The translations under genes were made by a program, and so were the position numbers. A stretch of DNA of 64,000 bases from positions 6,650-70,649 of the forward strand of contig JAFXXX010000021.1 of assembly GCA_017542065.1 (NCBI GenBank), in the 5' to 3' direction. Positions 18,032 to 30,837 of the stretch are shown here, in pieces; the first letter of the stretch is position 1; each line of letters begins with the position of its first letter. The notes under the pieces were generated by a model. It ran no database searches. It saw nothing but the letters and a program-made list of their open reading frames with translations, and was not told the DNA's origin. Origin of the DNA: Bacilli bacterium (GTDB lineage Bacteria > Bacillota_I > Bacilli_A > RF39 > UBA660).

Positions 18032-19117
18032 TTATTCCTTTATTAATTTAATTATTTCGTTATATATTTTTTCTGATGAACTATCTATTTCAAACTTAGA
18101 TAAGTTCTTTTTAATATTCTTAATAGTATCTTCATTACTTAAAGTATCATTAATAATTTTAACAAGTGAATCTACTGTTAAGTCTTTTTCTTCGAGAATT
18201 AATGCTGCTCCTTCATTAACAAGTGACATAGCATTCTTATATTGATGGTTTTCTGTTACATATGGACTTGGTACAAATACTACGGGAGTTAAAGTAGATA
18301 CTATTTCAGAAATAGTAGATGCTCCAGCTCTTGTTACCATTAAATCACATGATTTCATAACAGATGAAAAATTATTCATATATGGGAATAAATATACATT
18401 TTCTCCCTTTTCTAAACCTAAATAAGATTCATAATAATCTTTACCTGTAATAATAATAGTATTATAACTATTATCAAACTTAGTTAAAGATTCTTTTAAC
18501 ACATTACTAACAGTCATAGATCCAAGTGATCCCATAACTATTATTACAGTTTTCTTATTAGTATCTTTAATACCTAACTCTTTTAAATCTAATTTAGGAG
18601 CCATTTTAGCCCTATCTGAAGTAGGATTACCAGTATAAACATAATTACACTTATCTACTTTCATATTCTTAAAAGAAGTACATAAAGTATCTGTATACTT
18701 TAAATTCATCTTATTAGATAATCCAAGAATACTATTTTGTTCATGAACTAGAGTTTTATATCCTAGTTTTTTAGCCATCTTAATAACAGGTGCAGTAACA
18801 TAGCCACCTGCTCCAATAACTATATCAGGATTAAACTCTTTTATTTTCTTTTTAACAATAGACATACTATTTAAATATTTAAATACTGCTTTAATATTAA
18901 ATACTATATCTTTTGGTTTAAAACTTCGTTTTAATCCATATACTTCTATACCAAAGAATGGTAATCCTCTTTCAGGAATAATATCTTTTTCCATTCTATT
19001 AGTAGTTCCAATATATAAAAATTCTGCATTCTTATCTTTTTCAATAATCTTATCAACAATTGCTAGTGCAGGATATATATGTCCTCCTGTACCTCCAGCA
19101 GATATTATAACTTTCAT
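18032..19117 (-). CDS. murG: undecaprenyldiphospho-muramoylpentapeptide beta-N-acetylglucosaminyltransferase
   Basis: N-terminal GGTGGHIYPALA and the C-terminal GT28 pattern TRAGASTISE. Confidence 0.9.
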   Translation of the reverse strand: MKVIISAGGTGGHIYPALAIVDKIIEKDKNAEFLYIGTTNRMEKDIIPERGLPFFGIEVYGLKRSFKPKDIVFNIKAVFKYLNSMSIVKKKIKEFNPDIVIGAGGYVTAPVIKMAKKLGYKTLVHEQNSILGLSNKMNLKYTDTLCTSFKNMKVDKCNYVYTGNPTSDRAKMAPKLDLKELGIKDTNKKTVIIVMGSLGSMTVSNVLKESLTKFDNSYNTIIITGKDYYESYLGLEKGENVYLFPYMNNFSSVMKSCDLMVTRAGASTISEIVSTLTPVVFVPSPYVTENHQYKNAMSLVNEGAALILEEKDLTVDSLVKIINDTLSNEDTIKNIKKNLSKFEIDSSSEKIYNEIIKLIKE

Positions 19118-19180
19118 ATTATCACCACTTTAATTATACCATAGCACAAAAAAAGAAGATATAATTATCTTCTTACTTTA

Positions 19181-19603
19181 TTATTTCTTTGCAGTTTTCT
19201 TTTCTGATTTAATTTCTGCATCTTTAATTTTTTTGTTATCTTTTTTAACAGGTTCTTCCCATTTCCAGATAGCTTTAGCTAAATCTGCAATTAGAGGAAT
19301 TTCATAATGTTCACCTTGGCAAGCTTTAACTATAGCAATAATAGCAAATACAAGTACTGCTACTTCTACCATCCAAGCACATATACCAATTACCCATCCA
19401 ATTACTGGAATAACTACAGAAGAAGAAATAACTCCTACTCCCATATAAACTATAAATATAGCTCCAGCTTGGTTATAAACCCATCTTACTTCTTTATCAA
19501 CTTCATCCTTTAAGAATGAGAATATGAATCCAAGTAAACTTACAAGATAAATAAGTATTGGTTCATATTGTTTACTAATACCTGTTATTGTTTCTTTTTT
19601 CAT
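19181..19603 (-). CDS. small integral membrane protein (DUF4870-like) with Lys-rich tail
   Basis: Three predicted TM helices and a KKDNKKIKDAEIKSEKKTAKK tail. Confidence 0.55.
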   Translation of the reverse strand: MKKETITGISKQYEPILIYLVSLLGFIFSFLKDEVDKEVRWVYNQAGAIFIVYMGVGVISSSVVIPVIGWVIGICAWMVEVAVLVFAIIAIVKACQGEHYEIPLIADLAKAIWKWEEPVKKDNKKIKDAEIKSEKKTAKK

Positions 19604-19662
19604 TTAAATCTTTCCCTTTCCACATTTATTATTATAACATTTTTATATTAATTGTCTATATC

Positions 19663-20109
19663 TTAACGATCCTTAGAGTCAATTATTATAGTAACTGGTC
19701 CATCATTTATTAAACTAACTTTCATATTAGCTCCAAATTCACCAGTCTTAAATGGTATATTAGTCTTCTTTAATCTTTCTTTAAATACTTCATACATTTT
19801 ATTTGCTTCATCAAATTTCATTGAATTAGTAAATGAAGGTCTATTACCATCTTTAGTATTAGCATATAAAGTAAATTGACTAACTAAAAGTATTTCACCA
19901 TTTACATCTTTAATGCTAAGATTCATCTTTTCATTTTCATCTTCAAATATTCTAAGTTTCTCTATTTTAGATACTAGGTATTCTAAATCATCAGTAGTAT
20001 CACTATTACAAATACCAAGAAGAATCATATAACCTTTATTAATCTTTTCAATATATGAATTATTTATATTAACTGATGCTTCCGTAACTCTTTGAATAAC
20101 TACTCTCAT
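19663..20109 (-). CDS. dtd: D-aminoacyl-tRNA deacylase
   Basis: MRVVIQRV N-terminus, SQFTLYA motif and 148 aa. It overlaps the rel stop by 4 nt, as in the common rel-dtd arrangement. Confidence 0.9.
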   Translation of the reverse strand: MRVVIQRVTEASVNINNSYIEKINKGYMILLGICNSDTTDDLEYLVSKIEKLRIFEDENEKMNLSIKDVNGEILLVSQFTLYANTKDGNRPSFTNSMKFDEANKMYEVFKERLKKTNIPFKTGEFGANMKVSLINDGPVTIIIDSKDR

Positions 20110-22253
20110 ACAAATACCCTTTCTACTGATTTAATATCACTATTTCTCTTTAAATTAGCAAAGAATTTATTAAGAGTTTCTAAATCAGAAACCTTAATAC
20201 TTAATTCATAAGTATTTGTATCTTGATTATAAATAGTATTAACTTTAGAAACAGATATATTATTTGATGATGCCATATTAATAATATCTACTAAAGTGTT
20301 TTCTTTATTAATAGCTATTATATTAATTTGAGTATCATACTTTCTTGTAGTATTTTGATTCCATTTAACATCAATTACTCTTTCATCATGAGATACATTT
20401 TTACAATCTTTATGATGAATTACTACACCTTGACCTCTAGATATATATCCAATAATAGGATCTCCTTTTATTGGCTTACATCCTTTAGCTAAAGTAACTT
20501 TAATGTCTGCTATATTACTAACTAAAACATCATTCTTATAATCACTAACAGTATCTTGTTTATTAAGTATTTTATCTAATACAAAATCTTCTTTAGTCTC
20601 TTCTTCTTTAAATGCAATATTAACAGTTTGAATAGATGTAAATTTACCTACTCCAATTGAGTAATATAAATCATCTTCACTTTCAAGTTTTAAATTAGAT
20701 AATATTATGTCTAACTTATCCATAACATCATTAATAGAACATTTTCTTCTTCTAATTTCTTTTAAGAATAAATCTTTACCTTTAGTAATAGCCTCAACTT
20801 TATCCATCTTAGTAAAGTATGCTTTAATCTTACTTTTAGCTTGTGAAGTCTTAGCCATGTTAATCCATTCAATTGATGGAGTAGCATTCTTATTAGTAAT
20901 AATTTTTACTATATCTCCTGACTCTAATTCTTGATCTAATTTAGCAATAGAATCATTTATTAAAGCACCTACCATCTTTTCTCCAACACCTGTATGAACT
21001 CTATATGCAAAGTCTATTGGAGTACTACCTTTTGGAAGTTCAAATACATCTCCTCTTGGAGTATATACATATATACTATTACCTAAAACTTCATTCTTAA
21101 CAGTACTTACAAAGTCATTAGCAGATTCATTTTCTTCATTAATCTCCATAATGTTTCTAAACATTTGAAGTTTTTGCTCCATATTATCTTGAAGGCCTTT
21201 ACCTTTTTCTTTATAAGACCAGTGTGAAGCAATTCCTTTTTCTGCTATTCTATCCATTTCATATGTTCTAATTTGAATCTCATATAACTTATCAAACGGA
21301 CCAAATACTGTTGTGTGAATTGATTGATACATATTTGTTTTAGGGTTTGCAATATAGTCCTTAATTCTCTTTGGCATAGGTTTAAATACTGAGTGTATTA
21401 TACCCATAACTTGATAACATTCAGGAACTGTATTAACAAGTATTCTAAGGGCATATAAATCGTATATTTCAGAGAATTTCTTACCCTTTGATAACTTATT
21501 ATATATTGAGTAAATTGACTTAGCTCTACCCTTTATTTCATATTCTATGTTATTAGCATCCAATATCTTAGATACTTCTTTAATCATATTATCAACTATT
21601 TGTTGTCTTTCTTCTTCAGTATTATCTAATTGTTCTTCAACTGAAATAAATTCATTTGGTTTATAGTATTTTAAAGATAAAACTTCAAGTTCAGTCTTTA
21701 ATTCACCAAGACCTAATCTATGAGCAATAGGAACTAATATTTCTAAAGTTTCTTTAGATTTTTCTCTACGTTTATCTTCAGGTATTGCCCAAAGAGTTCT
21801 CATATTTTGACATCTTTCAGCAAGTTTAATAATGATAATACGAACGTCTTCTGAAAGACCTACTATTATCTTTTTGTAATAATTAATATGGTCTTCTGTA
21901 TCAGCAGATAAATTTAATTTATTTATCTTAGTAATACCATTAACAAGGTCTGCTATATCATCACCAAATTTTTCTTTAATATCTTCAAGTGTTGCATTAC
22001 CAATATATAAAGTATCATGAAGTAATGCTGCACATAAAGTATCAGGATCTGCATTTAACTTAGTTAAAGTATATGCAACATTAAGTGGATGATGCATATA
22101 ACTTTCACCACTAAGTCTAATATCGTTTTTATGAACTATTGATGCATAATCATAAGCCTTGCAAATATTCTTAATTACTTCATCATCATCTATATATTCT
22201 TTAACGGCTTCAACGAGCTCAGAAATATCATCTATTTCGAGTCTTTTTTCCAT
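20106..22253 (-). CDS. rel: bifunctional (p)ppGpp synthetase/hydrolase Rel
   Basis: HD domain (HHPLNVA ... LLHDTL), synthetase region (YQSIHTTV) and TGS and ACT-like C-terminal regions. 715 aa. Confidence 0.92.
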   Translation of the reverse strand: MEKRLEIDDISELVEAVKEYIDDDEVIKNICKAYDYASIVHKNDIRLSGESYMHHPLNVAYTLTKLNADPDTLCAALLHDTLYIGNATLEDIKEKFGDDIADLVNGITKINKLNLSADTEDHINYYKKIIVGLSEDVRIIIIKLAERCQNMRTLWAIPEDKRREKSKETLEILVPIAHRLGLGELKTELEVLSLKYYKPNEFISVEEQLDNTEEERQQIVDNMIKEVSKILDANNIEYEIKGRAKSIYSIYNKLSKGKKFSEIYDLYALRILVNTVPECYQVMGIIHSVFKPMPKRIKDYIANPKTNMYQSIHTTVFGPFDKLYEIQIRTYEMDRIAEKGIASHWSYKEKGKGLQDNMEQKLQMFRNIMEINEENESANDFVSTVKNEVLGNSIYVYTPRGDVFELPKGSTPIDFAYRVHTGVGEKMVGALINDSIAKLDQELESGDIVKIITNKNATPSIEWINMAKTSQAKSKIKAYFTKMDKVEAITKGKDLFLKEIRRRKCSINDVMDKLDIILSNLKLESEDDLYYSIGVGKFTSIQTVNIAFKEEETKEDFVLDKILNKQDTVSDYKNDVLVSNIADIKVTLAKGCKPIKGDPIIGYISRGQGVVIHHKDCKNVSHDERVIDVKWNQNTTRKYDTQINIIAINKENTLVDIINMASSNNISVSKVNTIYNQDTNTYELSIKVSDLETLNKFFANLKRNSDIKSVERVFV

Positions 22254-22285
22254 TTTTATTCTCCTCTCTTTTTGAGAAAAAAGAA

Positions 22286-25006
22286 TTAAGCATTAATTCC
22301 TTTTACGCTTAATTCTTGAACCTTTCTTTTAGTTTCTTTTTTATTATCTTTCTTAGGTGTTTTCTTTGCTTGTTTCTTTTTATTAATATTAATCATTCTT
22401 TCAATAATTATCATAAATGAACATGATAAAAATACTGATGAGAATAATCCAACAATTAAACCAATAACGATAGCAATATTAAATTCAATAATTTCTCTTG
22501 AACCAAATACTATTAAACAAATAATTGGAAGTAATGTTGTAATTGTAGTATTAATAGATCTAAGTATAGTTTCTTTAATACTTGCATTAGCTATTTCTTT
22601 TAATTTAACTTCATCAAAATCTTTAGCCATATAACGTTTCTTGATGTTTTCTCTTAATCTATCAAATATAACTATTGTGTTATTGATTGAGTAACCAATA
22701 ATAGTTAGAATAGCTGCTACAAAGATTGAGTTAATTTCAATTCTAAAGATCGAGAATAACATAATTACCATAACAGAGTCATGTAATAAAGCAATTATAG
22801 CTGCTAAAGCATAACTAAACTTGTATCTAATAGTAATATATAGGATTATACCTACTAAAGCTATTAATAATGCTTTAATTGCATTCTTAATTAAATCCTT
22901 CTTAACTAAATTTGATACTACAGAAATATCTACTGATGCTTCATATTTATCACTAATAGTATTCTTAGTATTAGTAACATCATCATCAGTTAAAATTTCA
23001 GAAACTTTTACATAATAGTTATCATCTGATTCACTACTTTCAATAACATGATATCCTAAATCAGAAACTGTTTTATTAATCTTCTTTAATGAAGCTTTTT
23101 GTGATGAAACTGTAATATCAGTACCACCAGTAAAGTCTATACCAAAGTTAAATCCTTTAAATATAGCAAATCCAATACCTACTAATAATATAATTGCAGG
23201 TATAATAATTAACTTCTTAAAGTTCTTAGTAAAGTTAAATTTAATTTTCTTTTCAAATCTAGAATCTACTCTTTCAGTAGATTTAACTATTTCTTTCTTA
23301 TTTTGATTAATAAATAATCTAAGTCTATTATTAAAGAATCCTGTATTAATAAATGCATATGTAATTAGTCTTGTAACTAATACTACAATAAGCATAGTCA
23401 TAGCAATGTTAATCATTAACATTGTAGCAAATCCTTTAACAGAACTTGTACCAAATATAAATAGAATAACTGCTACTATAAATGTTGTTACATTTGAATC
23501 TAGTATTGAACTAAATGAATTCTTAACACCATTCTTATAAGCTTCTTTAAGTGGTTTACCTTTTCTAAGCTCTTCTTTAATTCTTTCAGCAGTAATAACA
23601 TTAGCATCAACAGCCATACCTACACCAAGTACTAAAGCTGCAATACCAGGAAGTGTTAATACTCCATCAATTAAGTAATAAATTAAGAATGTAAAGAATG
23701 CATAGATAAGAATAACACTTGAAGAAATAAATCCTTCAAAGTTATAAATTAAAATCATGAATACAATAATACATGCAATTCCAATTACTCCTGCAATCTT
23801 AGTTTTATCTAATGAATTTTCTCCAAAAGCAGAACCTACTGTTTGTGAAGAAATCTCTTTAAATTTAACATTATTAGATCCTGAGTTAATTAAGTCTACT
23901 AAGTTTTGAACTTGTTCTTCAGTAAAGTTACCTTGAATAATAACGTCACTACTAAATCCTTGAGATACTGTAGCAGCTGATAAACATTTAGCTTCTACTA
24001 AATTTTCAAACTCACCACAATTAGCATTTTTATAACTATCTGTTTCAGGATTATAATCTAACCAAATAACAATTAACTTATCACTTGTTTTAGATATTTC
24101 AGATGTTACATTATAGAATGTATCATTATCTTTTACACTAAGTGATACAGCTGGTCTACCACTTTCATCTTGTGATACTTTAGCAGCCATTGAACTACTA
24201 AGTACTTCCTTACCCATTAACTTTCTATCAGATGAATCTCTAAATGTTAATTCACCTGCTAAAGTAATATAATTTCTTGCAGTATCTACATCAGAAATAC
24301 CTGCAAGTTTAACTCTTATTTTATCTTTACCTTCAATAGTAATTTCTGGTTCAGATACACCTAGAGCATCTATTCTTCTAAGCATTGTTCTATATGTATC
24401 TTCTACCATAGATTCAGTTAATTTAACATCTTTTTCTGCTGGTGAAACTTTATATAATATTTCAAATCCTCCAGCTAAATCAAGACCTTTAGTAATATTA
24501 TCAAATACTGTTGGAATAAGTATTGTAAATGATGCTACTAAAGAGAATACTGTTAAAAATACTGTTAAGAATTTTAACTTACTAGAAGTAAATTCTAATT
24601 TGTAATCATATTTAGATTTATCAAAACCTAAAACAATAAATGTTACTAATGGAAATACCATAGCAATAACAGTAAATAATAAACCTTTATTAAATTTATT
24701 TGAAAGTCTAAATTTAAGCATTAACGTATACCAAACTAAGCATAATGCTGAGAAACCTTCAAGTAAAAATACTAATTGTTCTTTAAATCCACCAAAGTAA
24801 CAAATAGCAATTATTCCAAGAGGAATAATAAACTTAAAAATGTTATACCATTTATATTCTGCTACATTTAATAGCTCAATAAAATTAATAACTGGTATAA
24901 ACCCTAAATACCACTTTTTATTAACCTTTCTAAGTATTTTTGATATTGCAAAAGAATATACTAAATAAACTGCTAATATAATTCCGCAAATAATTAAAGT
25001 GTCCAT
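22286..25006 (-). CDS. secDF: protein translocase subunit SecDF fusion with extra N-terminal membrane module
   Basis: SecD GLDLAGG and GVGMAVDANVI, and SecF GIDFTGGT. The first ~140 aa are additional TM helices (KKWYLGFIPVINFIELLNV). The SD is AGGAGA. Confidence 0.88.
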   Translation of the reverse strand: MDTLIICGIILAVYLVYSFAISKILRKVNKKWYLGFIPVINFIELLNVAEYKWYNIFKFIIPLGIIAICYFGGFKEQLVFLLEGFSALCLVWYTLMLKFRLSNKFNKGLLFTVIAMVFPLVTFIVLGFDKSKYDYKLEFTSSKLKFLTVFLTVFSLVASFTILIPTVFDNITKGLDLAGGFEILYKVSPAEKDVKLTESMVEDTYRTMLRRIDALGVSEPEITIEGKDKIRVKLAGISDVDTARNYITLAGELTFRDSSDRKLMGKEVLSSSMAAKVSQDESGRPAVSLSVKDNDTFYNVTSEISKTSDKLIVIWLDYNPETDSYKNANCGEFENLVEAKCLSAATVSQGFSSDVIIQGNFTEEQVQNLVDLINSGSNNVKFKEISSQTVGSAFGENSLDKTKIAGVIGIACIIVFMILIYNFEGFISSSVILIYAFFTFLIYYLIDGVLTLPGIAALVLGVGMAVDANVITAERIKEELRKGKPLKEAYKNGVKNSFSSILDSNVTTFIVAVILFIFGTSSVKGFATMLMINIAMTMLIVVLVTRLITYAFINTGFFNNRLRLFINQNKKEIVKSTERVDSRFEKKIKFNFTKNFKKLIIIPAIILLVGIGFAIFKGFNFGIDFTGGTDITVSSQKASLKKINKTVSDLGYHVIESSESDDNYYVKVSEILTDDDVTNTKNTISDKYEASVDISVVSNLVKKDLIKNAIKALLIALVGIILYITIRYKFSYALAAIIALLHDSVMVIMLFSIFRIEINSIFVAAILTIIGYSINNTIVIFDRLRENIKKRYMAKDFDEVKLKEIANASIKETILRSINTTITTLLPIICLIVFGSREIIEFNIAIVIGLIVGLFSSVFLSCSFMIIIERMININKKKQAKKTPKKDNKKETKRKVQELSVKGINA

Positions 25007-25087
25007 AAATCCATCTCCTACTTCTATATTCCTTTAATATTCTTTTCTCTAATATTAATTATACAAAAAAAATACAAGTTTTAAAAC

Positions 25088-27234
<2,147 letters not shown>

Positions 27235-27300
27235 TTAAATCACCAAAGATATTATACTATATAAAACAATAAAAAAACATATATAATTATATGTTTTTTA

Positions 27301-28308
27301 TTATTCTTCAAATAAGTTCTTTTGGTAATCTATACCTAATTGTTTATATGCTTTTTCAGTAACCATTCTTCCTCTTGATGTTCTTTTTAAATATCCATTT
27401 TGAAGTAAATATGGTTCATATACATCTTCGATTGTAGATACTTCTTCTCCTATAGATGAAGCAAGTGCATCAATACCAACAGGACCACCATTAAATTTAT
27501 AAATAATTGATTTAAGTAAGTTATGATCAGTTACATCTAAACCTTCAGAATCCACTTTAAGTTTTCTTAAAGATGATTCTGTAATTTCCAAATCAATTTT
27601 ACCTGATCCTTCTACTAAAGCAAAATCTCTAATTCTTTTTAAAAGTCTATTTGCTATTCTTGGAGTACCTCTACTTCTTTTAGCAACTTCATAAGCAGCA
27701 TCATCTTCTATTTCAATATCAAATACTGAAGCAGTTCTTTTAACTATAGTACATAAATCATTAATTGAATAATAATCTAGTTTAGATATTATTCCAAATC
27801 TATCTCTAAGTGGAGATGATAAATCTCCTGCTCTAGTAGTAGCTCCTACTAAAGTAAATGGAGGTAAATCTATTTTAATACTTCTAGATGATCCATCAGA
27901 ACCTACTACTATATCTAAAGTAAAATCTTCCATAGCAGGATATAATATTTCTTCTATAAACCTAGGCATTCTATGTATTTCATCTATAAATAATACATCT
28001 CCTTCTTCTAAAGAAGATAGTATTGCTGCTAAATCCCCAGACTTTTCTATAGATGGTCCAGAAGCAGTCTTAATATTAGTTCCTAGTTCATTAGCTATTA
28101 TGTATGCTAAAGTAGTTTTACCTAGTCCTGGAGGACCATATAATAAAGTATGGTCAAGAGGTTCATTTCTCATCTTAGCAGCCTCTATAAATACCTTTAA
28201 ATTATCTTTAACATCTCTTTGTCCAATATATTCTTTTAATGTTCTAGGTCTTAATCTTTCTTCATCATCACCTAATATAATATTAGGATCTTCTATTCTT
28301 TCGTCCAT
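27301..28308 (-). CDS. ruvB: Holliday junction branch migration helicase RuvB
   Basis: [23 protein letters not shown] and IDEIHR. Confidence 0.96.
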   Translation of the reverse strand: MDERIEDPNIILGDDEERLRPRTLKEYIGQRDVKDNLKVFIEAAKMRNEPLDHTLLYGPPGLGKTTLAYIIANELGTNIKTASGPSIEKSGDLAAILSSLEEGDVLFIDEIHRMPRFIEEILYPAMEDFTLDIVVGSDGSSRSIKIDLPPFTLVGATTRAGDLSSPLRDRFGIISKLDYYSINDLCTIVKRTASVFDIEIEDDAAYEVAKRSRGTPRIANRLLKRIRDFALVEGSGKIDLEITESSLRKLKVDSEGLDVTDHNLLKSIIYKFNGGPVGIDALASSIGEEVSTIEDVYEPYLLQNGYLKRTSRGRMVTEKAYKQLGIDYQKNLFEE

Positions 28309-28321
28309 AATTAATTCCTTT

Positions 28322-28870
28322 CTATTTTAATAATAGTTTTAATCCTTGTTTAATCTTTTCCTCTATAGTTAAACTATTATCTATTTTAGGAAGTACTGAC
28401 TTAATATCAGATGCTTTATATCCTAAAGCTTTTAAAGCTTCAACTAGTTCAGTATCCTCTACTATATTATTCTCTTTAGAAACTAATTTTCCCTTAAGAT
28501 CTAATATTATTTGTCTAGCAACTTTATCTCCTATTTTAGGGAACTTCTTAATATAGTTTATATCTTCTTTTTCTATAGCTTCTACTAAAGTATCTAATGA
28601 TCCTACAGAGAATAATGATAAAGCAGTTTTAGGCCCTAAACCTTTAACACTAATTAATCTTAAAAACATATCTTTATCTTCTTTAGTTTTAAATCCATAT
28701 AAAGAGTTTTCATCTTCTGCTACCTTTTGATATAAATATATTTTATAATTTTTATTTTCAGTAAATGAATATGGATTAGATACATATACTAAATATCCAA
28801 TGCCATTATTTTCTACTACTATATAACCAGAGTTTATCTCTGTTACTATACCTTTAATATACTCGAACAT
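28322..28870 (-). CDS. ruvA: Holliday junction DNA-binding protein RuvA
   Basis: MFEYIKG N-terminus and Hh[10 protein letters not shown]. It lies upstream of ruvB. Confidence 0.9.
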   Translation of the reverse strand: MFEYIKGIVTEINSGYIVVENNGIGYLVYVSNPYSFTENKNYKIYLYQKVAEDENSLYGFKTKEDKDMFLRLISVKGLGPKTALSLFSVGSLDTLVEAIEKEDINYIKKFPKIGDKVARQIILDLKGKLVSKENNIVEDTELVEALKALGYKASDIKSVLPKIDNSLTIEEKIKQGLKLLLK

Positions 28871-28925
28871 ATGTTATCACCTATAAAAATTATAACACAA
28901 AAAAATCTAGTTTTAAACTAGATTT

Positions 28926-30758
28926 TTATTTTGCTATAACAAAGCCATATTTTTTACCGTTAGTAGTAATTATAACAACATTCTTTGATGCTTTACTTTG
29001 ACTAACACTAGCAATATTTGTTTTCTTTAGTTTTCTAATCTTAGATCCATTATAGTAAACAATCTTACCATATTTATCGACAGTATTATTAACGAATATT
29101 GATTTCTTATAAGATAGATTTACTTGTCCATCTTCTGAAAGAAGACTTTCGTTCTTTTCAAATTTATATTCTCCAAGTTTATTATTTTTAGCGTTAATTA
29201 AACTAACTTTTTTATCAGTAACATTTAATACTAAATCTTTAGAATATACTAAATTTGATTTAGAATTATCTACTTTAAATAATTCTTTACCATTAGTAGA
29301 TACTACATAAGTATTTTTCTCATCAGAATATTCATATACCTTATCTTTACCTATCTTTTCCATTCTAGCTAAGTTATCATCAGTATTAAATGCTTTCTTT
29401 AGTTTAGCAGAATAAATAATAGACATTTCTTCATCATATTTCTTACCAAATATAATATCTTTATCTACTACAGTAATCATATTCTTAGATGAAACAACTA
29501 CTTCATTTTTCTTATTATATAAAACATATTTATTACTAAATTCTTCAGTAGAATCAGCAGTATATTTAACTAACTTATATCCACCTTTAATACCAGTAAA
29601 GTTCTTAATTTTATTTTCACCATAAACATAATCAAATAATACTTTACCTTCTTTAGCATCATATACTAATATCTTTTGTTCGCCACACATACCTTCAGTG
29701 CAATTAACTTGGAAATATTTATTATCATCATATGATTTAAAGTTCATAATAATAGATGATCCATTTTCACTAGTATATTTATATAATTCTTTATATGTCT
29801 TTTCTTTTAAATCATATATACCAAAAGAATTATCTTCTAAACTATCTACTAATACTTTATCTTGTAAATTACTATATAATCCTTTTTGATATAATCTATA
29901 TTTTTCTTCATCAATTAGAGGTTTAATTTTCTTAAGAACCTTAACTTGTGATTCTTCTTCAGCTTCTTTTTGTACACCTTTTTTATCAATATCTAATACA
30001 GTAGTTTCTCCATTAGATTCTTTATAAGCTTTTATAGTTTTCTTATCTTCATTAAATTCATATGAGTTAAAACTATCACCTTTAAACTTTTCAGTTTTAG
30101 CATCAAAATAATAATATGCTTTAGATGAATCTTGTAATACTAAATATAGAGTTTCACCTTCATCATCTAATACTTCTCTGTCGATTACATAATCAGATAA
30201 AGTTCTATCTCCTCTTTCACTTATTAAATATTCTTCATCTAATACTTTAATAGCAGATACACTCTTATATCTTTTTACTTTTTCTATATTTGAGTATAAT
30301 ACATCATCTTTATAGTTAATAATATTACTCTTTTCTCCATCTAGTTCTTCAACTAAATAATCAGATAAAACAGTAAGTTCATTCTTACTAGAATATACTT
30401 TCTTACCATTTACTTTAGTAACATAATATTCAACTATTTCACCCTTCTTATTAATATTTTTAAATAATAAATATGTTGGAGTTACATCATATAATGATTT
30501 AGAACTAGTTTTATTATATTTACTAATCTTATTTCCATAAGAATCGTAAACATATATCTTTCCTTTTGATTCATCATAAACTGTAATAAAATCACAGTCT
30601 TCATCTATACACTTAATTTCATCATATTTATCTGATAAAACTTTATTAACATTAGTAATAGTATTTCTTCTTAAATATACTGTTAAACCTAATGCTACAA
30701 TTAATATAATTAGTAAAACTATTGATATAATTTCTATTTTTTTATTACTTTTAATCAT
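28926..30758 (-). CDS. membrane-anchored repeat protein (beta-hairpin/WG-like repeats), hypothetical
   Basis: I place the start at ATG 30758 (MIKSNKK...) because of SD AGAGGTG and a TGGTATAAT promoter downstream of the obg terminator. The protein has one TM segment followed by many short Tyr/Gly/Lys repeats (KGKIYVYDSYGNKI, ILVYDAKEGKVLFDY, KYGKIVYYNGSKI). Confidence 0.65.
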   Translation of the reverse strand: MIKSNKKIEIISIVLLIILIVALGLTVYLRRNTITNVNKVLSDKYDEIKCIDEDCDFITVYDESKGKIYVYDSYGNKISKYNKTSSKSLYDVTPTYLLFKNINKKGEIVEYYVTKVNGKKVYSSKNELTVLSDYLVEELDGEKSNIINYKDDVLYSNIEKVKRYKSVSAIKVLDEEYLISERGDRTLSDYVIDREVLDDEGETLYLVLQDSSKAYYYFDAKTEKFKGDSFNSYEFNEDKKTIKAYKESNGETTVLDIDKKGVQKEAEEESQVKVLKKIKPLIDEEKYRLYQKGLYSNLQDKVLVDSLEDNSFGIYDLKEKTYKELYKYTSENGSSIIMNFKSYDDNKYFQVNCTEGMCGEQKILVYDAKEGKVLFDYVYGENKIKNFTGIKGGYKLVKYTADSTEEFSNKYVLYNKKNEVVVSSKNMITVVDKDIIFGKKYDEEMSIIYSAKLKKAFNTDDNLARMEKIGKDKVYEYSDEKNTYVVSTNGKELFKVDNSKSNLVYSKDLVLNVTDKKVSLINAKNNKLGEYKFEKNESLLSEDGQVNLSYKKSIFVNNTVDKYGKIVYYNGSKIRKLKKTNIASVSQSKASKNVVIITTNGKKYGFVIAK

Positions 30759-30837
30759 ATATAACACCTCTATTATTACAAATTTAATTATACCAAAAAT
30801 AGAAATTATAGGCAATAAAAAATAATGCCATTTGGCA

